A stretch of DNA of 64,000 nt from contig CBDCXM010000009.1 of assembly GCA_965223855.1 (NCBI GenBank), positions 1,600,001-1,664,000 on the forward strand. The letters are read 5' to 3'. The notes beneath the pieces are model-generated. The model worked only from the letters and a program-made list of their open reading frames with translations, was not told where the DNA came from and did no database searches. Position numbers and translations under genes: made by a program. The stretch is from Candidatus Multivoradales bacterium (GTDB lineage Bacteria; Acidobacteriota; Thermoanaerobaculia; Multivoradales; JAHEKO01). Positions 46,039-54,999 of this stretch are shown piece after piece; positions within the stretch are counted from its first letter, which is position 1; every line of letters starts with the position of its first letter.

Positions 46039-46075
46039 TCGTGCGGCCGGCCGTGCGAGCCGGCCCCGGCTCCTT

Positions 46076-46104
46076 TGTAACCCGATCGGCGGTTCGCGCA
46101 TCTC
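46076..46104 (+). promoter_or_regulatory. Putative ECF promoter for the Spy/CpxP gene
   Basis: TGTAACCCGATCGGCGGTTCGCGCATCTC, inverted near-copy of 46010-46038. Confidence 0.7.
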
Positions 46105-46164
46105 TCCACCCGAAGCGAGCCGAACGCGGCTCGACACAGACGAACCGAACGAAGGGACGAACCG

Positions 46165-46746
46165 ATGAAGCGAAGGAAGATACCGGGTTGGATGCTGGTG
46201 ACCGTCATGGCGCTGCCGGGCATGGCGGCTGCCGACGGTGGGCCGGAAGCGTGGGACAGGGAGGGCCGGGTTCATGAGCGGCACGGTCGCCGCGGCGGCC
46301 CGCATCTGGAGGAGAGGCGGGAAGAGCGGCTCGATCGCATGGTCCGCTTCCTCGACCTCAACGATCAGCAGGTCGAAGAATGGCGCGAGATTCGCGCCGG
46401 CCACGAGAGCGAGATGCGGGGGCAACTCGAAGGAGTCGGCGACCTGTTGCGGCAGGTGGACGAGACGATCGAGGCCGGCAACGCCGATCCCGCCGAAGTC
46501 GGTCGGATGGTGATCGAAGTCCACGAGCGGCGGGCCGCCGCCGCAGCCTCCCGCGAGCAGATGCACGAGCAGCTGGCAGCCGTGCTCACTCCGGAGCAGC
46601 TCGAGCGGTTCGAGGCGATGCGTGAACTGCACGGCGAGAGTCATCGCGGACCGTTCTCCCGGCGGGGAGGCGCACGCCACGGTCGTCACGGTCGCTGGGG
46701 TGGCCCCTCGGGCGCCGGCGACGGATCCGATCCGAGCAGGGACTGA
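46165..46746 (+). CDS. Spy/CpxP family periplasmic chaperone
   Basis: Signal peptide, LDLNDQQ and VLTPEQ motifs, His/Arg/Gly-rich termini. Confidence 0.85.
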   Translation: MKRRKIPGWMLVTVMALPGMAAADGGPEAWDREGRVHERHGRRGGPHLEERREERLDRMVRFLDLNDQQVEEWREIRAGHESEMRGQLEGVGDLLRQVDETIEAGNADPAEVGRMVIEVHERRAAAAASREQMHEQLAAVLTPEQLERFEAMRELHGESHRGPFSRRGGARHGRHGRWGGPSGAGDGSDPSRD

Positions 46747-46823
46747 CGAGTTCCCGGTCCCCCGGTGCCCCGGGGCGCAGCCGGCCGCGCTGCCGGCTGC
46801 GCCGTCTCTCGTAAGATCGCGCC

Positions 46824-47528
46824 GTGCTGCGTGCGGTGTTGTTCGACTTCAACGGCGTCCTCGTCGATGATCTGCAGGTCCATCGAGACCTGCTCGAACG
46901 GGTGCTGGCCGAGGAGGAGCTGCCGGGCCGCTCGGAGATCGACGCCCCACTCGCCGGCCGCAACGACCGCGAGGTGTTCGCAGCATTGCTCGAACACTCC
47001 GGCAGCGAGGCCGAGCCGAGCGAGCTGCTGCGCCTGGTGGCACGCAAGGCGGCGCTCTACCAGGAACACGTACGCCGTCGTGGCTACCGTCTCTACCCCG
47101 GGGCGCTAGAGCTGGTGGAGGGGGCGGCGACCCAGGGGTTGATGCTCGGGATCGTCAGCGGCGCCCTGCGCGAGGAGATCGTCCAGGCGCTCCACCAGAG
47201 TGGCCTGCGCAGCCGCTTCAAGGCGATCGTCTCGGCGGAGGACGTGCGCCGCGGCAAGCCGCACCCCGAGATCTTCCAGCGCGCCGTCGAGCAGCTCAAC
47301 TTCCAGCCGCCCCTGCCGGAGCGGCTCGTCCATCCGCACGAGGTGCTGGCGGTCGAGAACTCGCCGATGGGGATCGCCGCGGCGCGGGCGGCCGGTCTCG
47401 TCTGTCTCGGGGTGGCGCACTCCCACCAGTTGTGTCAGCTCGTCACCGCCAGCGGCGCGGTCGTGAGCCTCACCGACGTCGATCCGGGCGACCTGCAACG
47501 GCTGTTCGCCGAGGCGAGCCAGCGATGA
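46824..47528 (+). CDS. HAD-family phosphatase
   Basis: FDFNGVLVD, IVSG, GKPHPE, VENS. Confidence 0.85.
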   Translation: MLRAVLFDFNGVLVDDLQVHRDLLERVLAEEELPGRSEIDAPLAGRNDREVFAALLEHSGSEAEPSELLRLVARKAALYQEHVRRRGYRLYPGALELVEGAATQGLMLGIVSGALREEIVQALHQSGLRSRFKAIVSAEDVRRGKPHPEIFQRAVEQLNFQPPLPERLVHPHEVLAVENSPMGIAAARAAGLVCLGVAHSHQLCQLVTASGAVVSLTDVDPGDLQRLFAEASQR

Positions 47529-48082
47529 GTCTTCCCGCCGAATGGCAGGCGGAGATCGAGCGCTACGTGCGCCCGCTCTACGCCGGGCTCGACGGTGTCG
47601 ACGGATATCCCGCGGTGGAGCGGCTGGAGCGCCGCCTCGACGAGCTCGCGGAGGGCACCGCCTGCGATCGTGAACTCGTCTCCCTGCTCGCCGTGTTCCA
47701 GGGCGTTCTCCCGCGCCTCGGCTCGCTGACGGCAGGCGGGCGCTGGCACCTCTTCCTCAAGGGGGTCGGTCTTCCGGAGGCGACGATCGCCCGGCTGCGG
47801 GCGGCGCTGGGTCGCCTGGAGGCGGCACCGGTTGGCATCGAAGAGGAGCTGCTGCAGGACGCGCTGCTCCTCGAGCGTACCGGGGTCCGCGCGGCGGTCG
47901 AGGCGCTGTGGCAGGCGGGGCGCAAGCGCACTGCGGTCGATCGCGCGGTGGGCGCGCTCGACGCCGGACCGGGCGAAGAGCGATTTCACACTCCGAACGG
48001 GCGCCGCATCGCGGCGCGCCGGTTCGCCGCCGCCACCGCCTTCATCGCCGACCTCAGAAGCGCGCTCGACGCCGAGCGCTGA
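47525..48082 (+). CDS. Hypothetical protein resembling an HD domain that has lost its metal ligands
   Basis: ATGA-coupled; DRELVSLLAVFQG, ELLQDALLLERTG, FHTPNGRRIAARR. Confidence 0.65.
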   Translation: MSLPAEWQAEIERYVRPLYAGLDGVDGYPAVERLERRLDELAEGTACDRELVSLLAVFQGVLPRLGSLTAGGRWHLFLKGVGLPEATIARLRAALGRLEAAPVGIEEELLQDALLLERTGVRAAVEALWQAGRKRTAVDRAVGALDAGPGEERFHTPNGRRIAARRFAAATAFIADLRSALDAER

Positions 48083-48112
48083 ACCGGTCGCCGCCGGGGC
48101 TCAGTCCCGGGC

Positions 48113-48547
48113 TCAGTCCGGGGCGGGCAGTGGGATGCGCGGCCGGATCTGCGCCGGGTCGCCGTTCGAGTCGATCTGCACGTAGACCACCTCGGCCTCG
48201 GTGACCGTGACCCGGCTGCCGTCGGCGCTCAGCCGCTCGGCGTCGACGACCACCTTGACCGTGATCGAGGTGCGGCCGATGCGCGTCGTCTCGGCGTAGA
48301 AGCTCACCAGGTCGCCGACGAAGACCGGCTTGTGAAACTCGACTGCGCGCATGGCGACGGTGACGAGTCGCCCGGCGGCGTACCGACGGGCATCGACGGC
48401 TCCCGCCTGATCGATGTAGGAAAGGATGATGCCGCCGAAGATCGTCCCCTGAGGGTTGGTGTCTTTCGGCATCATCGACACCCGGATCGCTGCAGGGTGA
48501 CGCTTGTTCGATTCTTCTCCGGCGTGGCTGGGTTCAGTGTGGCTCAT
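48113..48547 (-). CDS. Acyl-CoA thioesterase (YciA-like hotdog fold)
   Basis: MPKDTNPQGTIFGG...IDQAG, FHKPVFVGD, GRTSITV. Confidence 0.9.
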   Translation of the reverse strand: MSHTEPSHAGEESNKRHPAAIRVSMMPKDTNPQGTIFGGIILSYIDQAGAVDARRYAAGRLVTVAMRAVEFHKPVFVGDLVSFYAETTRIGRTSITVKVVVDAERLSADGSRVTVTEAEVVYVQIDSNGDPAQIRPRIPLPAPD

Positions 48548-49089
48548 GGCGTGGAAACGTCTCCGGCCGCTGCGAGTGCGAGGGCCTTGCGAACTGCGTT
48601 CTCGGGTGTGCTTGCGGTGGTGAGGGACTGCCGGTCGAGCGGTTGCGGCAGCTTCGCACTGCTGCCCGCCCACTCGCCCGGAAGGGCGTCGCCGAGCAGG
48701 ACGACCGGCCGACCGTGCTTGCGCGCCAGCGCGACCTCCGAGAGCGTACCCCAACCGCCGCCGACCGCGATCACCGCGTCGGCGTTGAGGACGACCAGCA
48801 GGTTGCGACCCTGCCCCAGGCCGGTGTAGATCGGGATCTCGATCCAGCGGTTGGGTGGCGACTCGTCGCGGCTCGCTCCGGGCAGGAGACCGAGGGTCGC
48901 TCCGCCCGCGCTCCGGGCGCCTCGAGCCGCCGCGGCCATGGCGCCGCCGCGGCCTCCGCAGACCAACACCGCGCCCGCTTCGGCGATCCCGCGCCCGATC
49001 GCCTCGACCTGTGCTCGATCGCCGTCGGGACCGCCTGAACCGACGACTGCGATCCTCGTCGGCCGGGAGAGATTCGTGAAATTCGGCAC
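48544..49089 (-). CDS. LOG/SLOG family protein (TIGR00725-like)
   Basis: CGGRGGAM, TGLGQGRN, GGGWGTLSE. Confidence 0.88.
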   Translation of the reverse strand: MPNFTNLSRPTRIAVVGSGGPDGDRAQVEAIGRGIAEAGAVLVCGGRGGAMAAAARGARSAGGATLGLLPGASRDESPPNRWIEIPIYTGLGQGRNLLVVLNADAVIAVGGGWGTLSEVALARKHGRPVVLLGDALPGEWAGSSAKLPQPLDRQSLTTASTPENAVRKALALAAAGDVSTP

Positions 49090-49118
49090 CGCTGCTCGAT
49101 GGTATCGTCCGTTTTCCC

Positions 49119-49709
49119 ATGGAGACCGAGGTTTCGAGGGCTAAGCGCGCCGCCGAGGATCGCGGCCTGATGGCGCAGATGGTCGAGGGCGACGAGGGCG
49201 CGCTGGGGCACCTGTACGACCGCTACGCCTCGATGCTGCTCGGTCTCGCGATGCGGGTGGTCGGCACGCCCGAAGAGGCGGAGGAAGTCGTCCAGGAAGT
49301 ACTGATCCAGGCCTGGAAGCAGGCCGAGCGCTACAACCCCGATCGCTCCTCGGTCGCCACCTGGCTGGTGATGATGACCCGCAGCCGCGCGATCGACCGG
49401 ATCCGCAGCCGCAACGTCGTCGATCGCACCCTGGCGGCGGCGCAGAAGGAGGAACGGCGCACCCATGAATCCCCCGAGGGGGGACGAAACGTACTGCAGC
49501 AGGAGCGAGCCGCTCGTCTGCAGACAGAGCTCGCTGCGTTACCGCCGGAGCAACGACAGGTTCTCGGACTGGCCTTCTTCTCCGGCATGACGCAGCGCGA
49601 GATCGCAGGCGAGACAGGAATCCCGCTCGGTACCGTGAAGACCCGAACCCTGTTGGCGATGAAGAAACTGAGAGCCGCCCTGAGCGAAGAGGCTGGAGAG
49701 CTGTTGTGA
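49119..49709 (+). CDS. ECF sigma factor (SigK-like)
   Basis: GDEGALGHLYDRY, AEEVVQE, RSRAIDR, GIPLGTVKTR. Confidence 0.92.
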   Translation: METEVSRAKRAAEDRGLMAQMVEGDEGALGHLYDRYASMLLGLAMRVVGTPEEAEEVVQEVLIQAWKQAERYNPDRSSVATWLVMMTRSRAIDRIRSRNVVDRTLAAAQKEERRTHESPEGGRNVLQQERAARLQTELAALPPEQRQVLGLAFFSGMTQREIAGETGIPLGTVKTRTLLAMKKLRAALSEEAGELL

Positions 49710-50545
49710 CCGAGCGTTACGACGAGTTCGGTTGGCTGCGCGAGTTCGACGGCTCGGAGCGCGACGAGGTCGACGGCTGGGCCGGCCTGTCGGCGGCCGA
49801 ACGGGCCGAGATCGAGCGCCTCGACGCCGAGGTGTTCGGCGCGCTGGTCGAGGGGCTCGATCCGGTGGAACCTTCCGCCGGCCTCAGGCAGCGCGTCCTC
49901 GACGCCGCCGCGCCCGCGGACGTCGTGCCGTTCGCAGCCTCGCAGCGCCCTGCCACGACTACCGCCGCCTCGCGCTGGCCGTTGCAGCTCGCGGCCGCGC
50001 TGGCGCTCGCCGCCTTCGGTGTCGCCTGGTGGTTCTCCGGCACCGTCCGCGATCAGCGCGGCCAGCTCGCGGAGCTCGAGCTCAAGGTGGAAGCGCTCGG
50101 CGTCGAATCGGCTGCGCTGGCGAGCCTGCGCGAAGATCTGGCGGCGGCGCGCGAAAATCTGCAGCTCGTCGGCGGAAAGGGAGTCGAGGTCTGCCCACTG
50201 CGGCCGCAGACGGCTTCGGCCGCCGCTTCGACCGGGCAGGCGATCGAACTCGAGGGCGCCCACGGCCTGCTGTTCGTCGCCGAGGACCACCAGCACTGGT
50301 ACCTGCGCACCGGCGGCCTCGAGCCGCGCGACGGCGAGTGGTACCGCGTGTGGTTCATCGTTAGCGACGGCAGCGCCGTGCCGGCGGGCAACCTGCTGGC
50401 CGGCGAACTCGATCTCGGTTCGCCGACGATGCCTGAAGACACCCGCGCCGTGCTGGTCACCCTCGAGTCCGAACCGGAGCCCGAGGAGCCGAGCGAGAGG
50501 CAGGTGCTCTACGGCGTCGGCGAAGAGATGATCCGGCTGATCTAG
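49706..50545 (+). CDS. Anti-sigma factor (RskA-like)
   Basis: PVEPSAGLRQRVL, one TM, YRVWFI...PAG, LVTLE; GTGA-coupled. Confidence 0.85.
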   Translation: MTERYDEFGWLREFDGSERDEVDGWAGLSAAERAEIERLDAEVFGALVEGLDPVEPSAGLRQRVLDAAAPADVVPFAASQRPATTTAASRWPLQLAAALALAAFGVAWWFSGTVRDQRGQLAELELKVEALGVESAALASLREDLAAARENLQLVGGKGVEVCPLRPQTASAAASTGQAIELEGAHGLLFVAEDHQHWYLRTGGLEPRDGEWYRVWFIVSDGSAVPAGNLLAGELDLGSPTMPEDTRAVLVTLESEPEPEEPSERQVLYGVGEEMIRLI

Positions 50546-50548
50546 CTC

Positions 50549-51277
50549 TCAGCCTCGCGGAGGTCGTGTCGGGCGCAGCTCGATGCGGCTCGGCAACGCC
50601 CGCTCGGGATAGTCGAGCAGGTCGGTGACGGCTCTGGCGACGTCCTCGTCGGTCAGCATCCAGTCGGTGTCGCTGCGACGCGACGGCGGGCGGAAGTCGG
50701 TGTCGACGCTGCCCGGCAGGATCGCCGTCACCCGGATGCCGTGGTGACGCAGGTCGAGCATCGCCGCCTCCGACATGCCGAGCAGGCCGAACTTGCTGGC
50801 GTTGTAGGCCGCGCCGCCGGCGAACGGGTTCTTCGCTGCCAGCGAGGCGATGTTGACGATCCAACCGGATCCCTGCTCGATCATCGCGCGGGCGGCGGCT
50901 CGCAGAGCGTAGAAGGCGCCGCTCAGGTTGGTGTCGATCACCAGCCGCCAATCGTCGTGGGAGATGGCGTCGACCGGCCCGAAGCGACCGAGCCCGGCGT
51001 TGTTGACGAGGCAGTCGAGGCGACCCGACGCCTCGACGACGGCGGCGACGAGGGAATCGACCTGGGACGCGTCGCGTATGTCGATCGTGTGGCCGTGCGC
51101 CGAGGACGAGTCGAGCTTCCGCAGCGCCTCGGCGACGCTTTCGTCGCTGCGGCCGCACAGATGGACCTGCCAGCCACGCTCGAGCAATGCGGAGACGACG
51201 GCGAGACCGATGCCACGTGTGCCGCCTGTGACCAGGGCGACAGGTGCGGGGTCTGAAGAGTTGTGGTCGGAGTGCAT
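50549..51277 (-). CDS. Short-chain dehydrogenase/reductase
   Basis: TGGTRGIG, NNAG, YNASK. Confidence 0.92.
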   Translation of the reverse strand: MHSDHNSSDPAPVALVTGGTRGIGLAVVSALLERGWQVHLCGRSDESVAEALRKLDSSSAHGHTIDIRDASQVDSLVAAVVEASGRLDCLVNNAGLGRFGPVDAISHDDWRLVIDTNLSGAFYALRAAARAMIEQGSGWIVNIASLAAKNPFAGGAAYNASKFGLLGMSEAAMLDLRHHGIRVTAILPGSVDTDFRPPSRRSDTDWMLTDEDVARAVTDLLDYPERALPSRIELRPTRPPRG

Positions 51278-51371
51278 GGCGGTGATTCTACGTCTCCGCA
51301 CCACGAATCGCCGCTGGTAGAATCGACGAGTTCACACGGCCCCGCGGGGCCGCCTGGAAGGAGTTTCAAGC

Positions 51372-52058
51372 ATGTTTTTCGATCCTGTCTACTTTCTCTT
51401 CGTCGGTCCGGCGATGCTGCTGTCGCTGTGGGCGAGCTGGAAGACGAAGTCTGCGTTCAACAAGTGGTCCAAGGTCCGCACGATGAGCGGCACCACCGGC
51501 GCCGAAGCGGCGACGAAGCTGCTCGAGAACGCCGGCATCACCGACGTCAAGGTCGTCCCGACCCGCGGCGTGCTGTCCGATCACTACAACCCGATCAACA
51601 AGACCCTCGCCCTCTCGGAGCCGGTCTACGGCTCGAACTCGGTCGCCGCCGTCGGCGTCGCCTGCCACGAAGCGGGCCACGCCATCCAGCACGCCCGCAA
51701 CTACCGCCCGATGTGGCTGCGCTCGGCCCTCGTGCCGACGACGAACATCGGCTCGAAGATCGGCTACTGGATCATGATCGCCGGCCTCTTCATGATGTCG
51801 TCGAACATCGGGCCGACGATGATCTACGTCGGCGCGGCCCTCTTCTCCCTCACCCTGATCTTCCAGATCGTCACCCTGCCGGTCGAGTTCGACGCCTCCA
51901 AGCGCGCCAAAGTCCTCGCCTTCGAGCAGGGCCTCGTCACCGATCAGGAGCGCCAGGGCGTCAGCGCCGTCCTCAACGCCGCGGCCCTGACCTACGTCGC
52001 AGCCGCGATCTCCACACTTCTCACCATCCTCTACTTCCTCTCCAGAGCTCGACGCTAA
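51372..52058 (+). CDS. Membrane zinc metallopeptidase (YugP / Zn_peptidase_2)
   Basis: SDHYNP, ACHEAGHA, TLPVEFDAS, AAALTYVA; AAGGAG RBS. Confidence 0.92.
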   Translation: MFFDPVYFLFVGPAMLLSLWASWKTKSAFNKWSKVRTMSGTTGAEAATKLLENAGITDVKVVPTRGVLSDHYNPINKTLALSEPVYGSNSVAAVGVACHEAGHAIQHARNYRPMWLRSALVPTTNIGSKIGYWIMIAGLFMMSSNIGPTMIYVGAALFSLTLIFQIVTLPVEFDASKRAKVLAFEQGLVTDQERQGVSAVLNAAALTYVAAAISTLLTILYFLSRARR

Positions 52059-52080
52059 GCGGCGTACTTCGCCAACCGTC

Positions 52081-52465
52081 GTTTCGCGCGTCCCGAGGAT
52101 TCAGGCCGACAAAGCCCTTCTCCCCAACTGGCCGACCCGAGGACCGACCCCAGTTGGGGAGAACCCCTTTGTCGGCCTTGAGGGTAAGCCAAGAGGTGCA
52201 GCTTCTCGGCCAAGAGTGGAAGGGGGAAGGTGTGACGACCGAGCCTGCGGCTTTGTCTCTTGAGGGTTCGGCTACGTGCAGCCGCCGAGGGCCCGTTGTC
52301 TCTGGCGTCGCCTTCCGGCGACGCGTCCCCGGTCTCAACTGGGAGAAGCTGTAGCGCTCCGATCTATCAAGGGAGACAAAGGCTTTTCTCTGTCAGGGGT
52401 ATGGTCGGGTGAGGCCTGGCAGAGAAAGGGCTTTGTCTCCCTGAATCGACAGGACGCGCGCAAAC
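52081..52465. repeat. Composite inverted-repeat element (MITE/REPIN-like)
   Basis: Imperfect terminal IRs of about 40 bp; two hairpins with about 28-bp arms (52103-52178, 52370-52442); five copies of the core GACAAAG. Confidence 0.7.
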
Positions 52466-52469
52466 CCCG

Positions 52470-53828
52470 TCAGTCGGCCGGCTCACCCAGGATGGCCCTG
52501 AGCTCAGCCACGCGCGCCTCGAGCGCCTCCGGAGTCGCCGCCTCGCAGACGAGCCTCAGGTAAGGCTCCGTGTTCGAGGGCCGGACGTTGAACCACCAGT
52601 CGGAGTACTGGATCGTGATCCCGTCGACCTTGTCCAGCTCGCCGTCCGGGTAGCGTCGCTCGAGCTCCGCCATCGCCCCTTCCTTGTCCTCGACGACGAA
52701 GTTGATCTCCGGCGACTTCGAGTAGCGCTCCAGCCTGCCGGCGAGTGCGGACATCGGCTCGCCGCTCTTCCACAGCAGGTTGAGGATCTCGATCACCGCC
52801 ATCATCGACGAGTCGGCGTTGAAGTTGTCGCGGAAGTAGTAGTGGCCGGCGAGCTCGCCGCCGAACGGGGAGTTGCGCTCCCGCAGCGTCGCCTTGATGA
52901 AGGAGTGGCCGACCCGCTCGCGCACCGGCACGCCACCGTTCTCCCGGATGTACTCGGCCACCGCGCGTGAAGAGCGCAGGTCGTAGACGATCGCCGCGCC
53001 CGGCTCGCGCTGGAGGATCTCGCCGGCGATGAGCGCGGTCGAGAGATCGCTCCCTACCGGCCGGCCCTTCTCGTCGACGAAGGCGGCGCGGTCGGCGTCG
53101 CCGTCGAAGCAGACGCCGAGGTCGGCGCCCTCGCTCTTCACCAGCGCGCTCAGGTCGGCGAGGTTTTCGAGTTTCAGCGGGTTGGCTTCGTGGTTGGGGA
53201 AGGTGCCGTCGAGCTCGAAGTAGAGGGGCACCAGTTCGATACCCAGCTCCCGCAGCAGGTCCTCGTAGATCGTCCCCATGCCGTTGGCGGCGTCGACGGC
53301 GACCTTGAGGCGCCGGCCGTCTTCGGGCCGTCGCAGATGGGAGAGGACGAAGTCGCGGTAGTCGGAGCGGATGTCGCCTCGGGTCACCGTGCCGGGCGTC
53401 GCCGCCTGCGGCAGGTCGCCGGCGGCGACCTTCGCCTCCATGAGCGCGATGCCGGAGGCGCCGGAGACCGGTCGCGCCCCCTTGCGGCTGAACTTGAGGC
53501 CGTTGTAGCGACCCGGGTTGTGACTCGCCGTCACCTGGACGCCGCCCGCCGCACCGAGGTGGCCGACGGCGAAGTAGTTCATCGGCGTCGTTGCCAGCCC
53601 GATGTCGAGCACGTCGAGGCCGGAGGCCGTCAGGCCTTCGATCAGCGCCGCGGAAAGCGGCACGCTGCTGGTGCGCATGTCCCGGCTGACGACGATCGTG
53701 CTGTTGTCGGCCCGGTCCGAGTCGTCGAGCACGTGCTGGAACGCGAGTCCGATGGAGCGGGCCAGCTCCTCGTGGAGCTGGTCAGGGTAGATGCCTCGGA
53801 CGTCGTATGCCTTGAAGATTCCGGCCAT
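52470..53828 (-). CDS. Phosphomannomutase/phosphoglucomutase
   Basis: FKAYDVRG, TASHNP, FDGDADR, GGELAGH, RPSNTEP. Confidence 0.93.
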   Translation of the reverse strand: MAGIFKAYDVRGIYPDQLHEELARSIGLAFQHVLDDSDRADNSTIVVSRDMRTSSVPLSAALIEGLTASGLDVLDIGLATTPMNYFAVGHLGAAGGVQVTASHNPGRYNGLKFSRKGARPVSGASGIALMEAKVAAGDLPQAATPGTVTRGDIRSDYRDFVLSHLRRPEDGRRLKVAVDAANGMGTIYEDLLRELGIELVPLYFELDGTFPNHEANPLKLENLADLSALVKSEGADLGVCFDGDADRAAFVDEKGRPVGSDLSTALIAGEILQREPGAAIVYDLRSSRAVAEYIRENGGVPVRERVGHSFIKATLRERNSPFGGELAGHYYFRDNFNADSSMMAVIEILNLLWKSGEPMSALAGRLERYSKSPEINFVVEDKEGAMAELERRYPDGELDKVDGITIQYSDWWFNVRPSNTEPYLRLVCEAATPEALEARVAELRAILGEPAD

Positions 53829-53897
53829 GGATGGTCCCTTCGGGAAAGTCGGGGGAGTTCAGGGAGGGAGCGTCGGCGGTTCTGCCGACGGCTCGAT

Positions 53898-54905
53898 TCA
53901 GGAGGTCGCGATCGTGTCGGAGCGACGCTCGAGGTGCTGCCGATAGCCGCGAACGAAGCGCGCCGCCGCCTCGAGGTGGGGAAGGTTGCCGCAGTCTTCG
54001 AAGACGTGGAGGTCGGCATGCGGCGCGCGTTGCAGCCACAGGTCGGCGGTCTCGACGGGCGGGTTGGCGGCCTGCCGCCCCCAGGCGAGCCATAGAGGCT
54101 GGGTGAGCCTGGAGATGCTCTCGAGCACGCGATGGTTGGAGTAGCCGCTGAGATAGGCGGCGAGCGCGACGTGGGCGCCCGGCTGGTGGCTCGAGTGGTA
54201 GAGGTGCCTCACATAGCCGGCGTCGGCGCGCTCCGGGGCATGGAAAACGTCTTTGCGCAGATACTGCCCGAGCGCCGTCTGGCTGGTGAAGAGGTTGAGC
54301 GCCGCAGTGCCGAAGATAGGGGTTCTCAGCAGCCAGTGTACGAGCGCGTCCTTGACGTCGGGCTCATCTCCTTCGACGTCGATGCCGGCAGGCACGACGA
54401 GCCCGAGGCCCGAGACGAGCTCGGGTCGGTCGACCGCGACCTGCGTGCAGTAGGCGGCGCTCAGGCCGGCTCCCAGCAAGGTCGTCCGCTCGCCGATGAC
54501 GTCCTCGCAGAAGGTGGTCAGCAGATCGATGTAGAGCTCGCCGTCGTAGGTGAGATCCGGCTTCTCGCTGCGACCCCAGCCGAGCAGGTCGATGGCATAC
54601 ACGGTGGCGTCGCCCGCGAGCACCTCGGCGACCTCGCGCCACTCCTCGCTGTCGTGCCCGGGGCCGAGGGAGTGGACCAGGAGGATCGGCTCTCCCGATC
54701 CGAGTCGCTGATAGGCGACTTCGCCGAGTTTCCAGGCGAAGCGCTGGCCGTCGCCCCAGGCGGCTCCGGCGAGGCGACGATTGCGCCGCGCGATGAGGGC
54801 GTTGGCGAGCGCCGGGATGCCGACGGCCGCCCCGCCGACCAGCAATCCCTTGAGGAGGCGGCCGCGGCGGCTGCGTTTCTGCTCTTCGTCCGAGTGGTTC
54901 GGCAT
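53898..54905 (-). CDS. Membrane-anchored alpha/beta-hydrolase-fold protein, probably non-catalytic
   Basis: IDLLGWGRS; elbow reads GAGLS; GNLPHLE. Confidence 0.8.
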   Translation of the reverse strand: MPNHSDEEQKRSRRGRLLKGLLVGGAAVGIPALANALIARRNRRLAGAAWGDGQRFAWKLGEVAYQRLGSGEPILLVHSLGPGHDSEEWREVAEVLAGDATVYAIDLLGWGRSEKPDLTYDGELYIDLLTTFCEDVIGERTTLLGAGLSAAYCTQVAVDRPELVSGLGLVVPAGIDVEGDEPDVKDALVHWLLRTPIFGTAALNLFTSQTALGQYLRKDVFHAPERADAGYVRHLYHSSHQPGAHVALAAYLSGYSNHRVLESISRLTQPLWLAWGRQAANPPVETADLWLQRAPHADLHVFEDCGNLPHLEAAARFVRGYRQHLERRSDTIATS

Positions 54906-54999
54906 CGGGCGCGCGATGTTAGCAAGTGGCGGAGGAGAGGAGGAGGGGCGGCAGTTCCTGTCGGGGAAGGGGTATCGCCCACAGTAGTAGGGTCGCGCC

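Noticed and set aside
52059-52469. CRISPR array or small protein genes in the repeat-rich gap
   Set aside because: The repeats are inverted and irregularly spaced rather than direct with unique spacers; no cas genes; the short ORFs just translate the repeat
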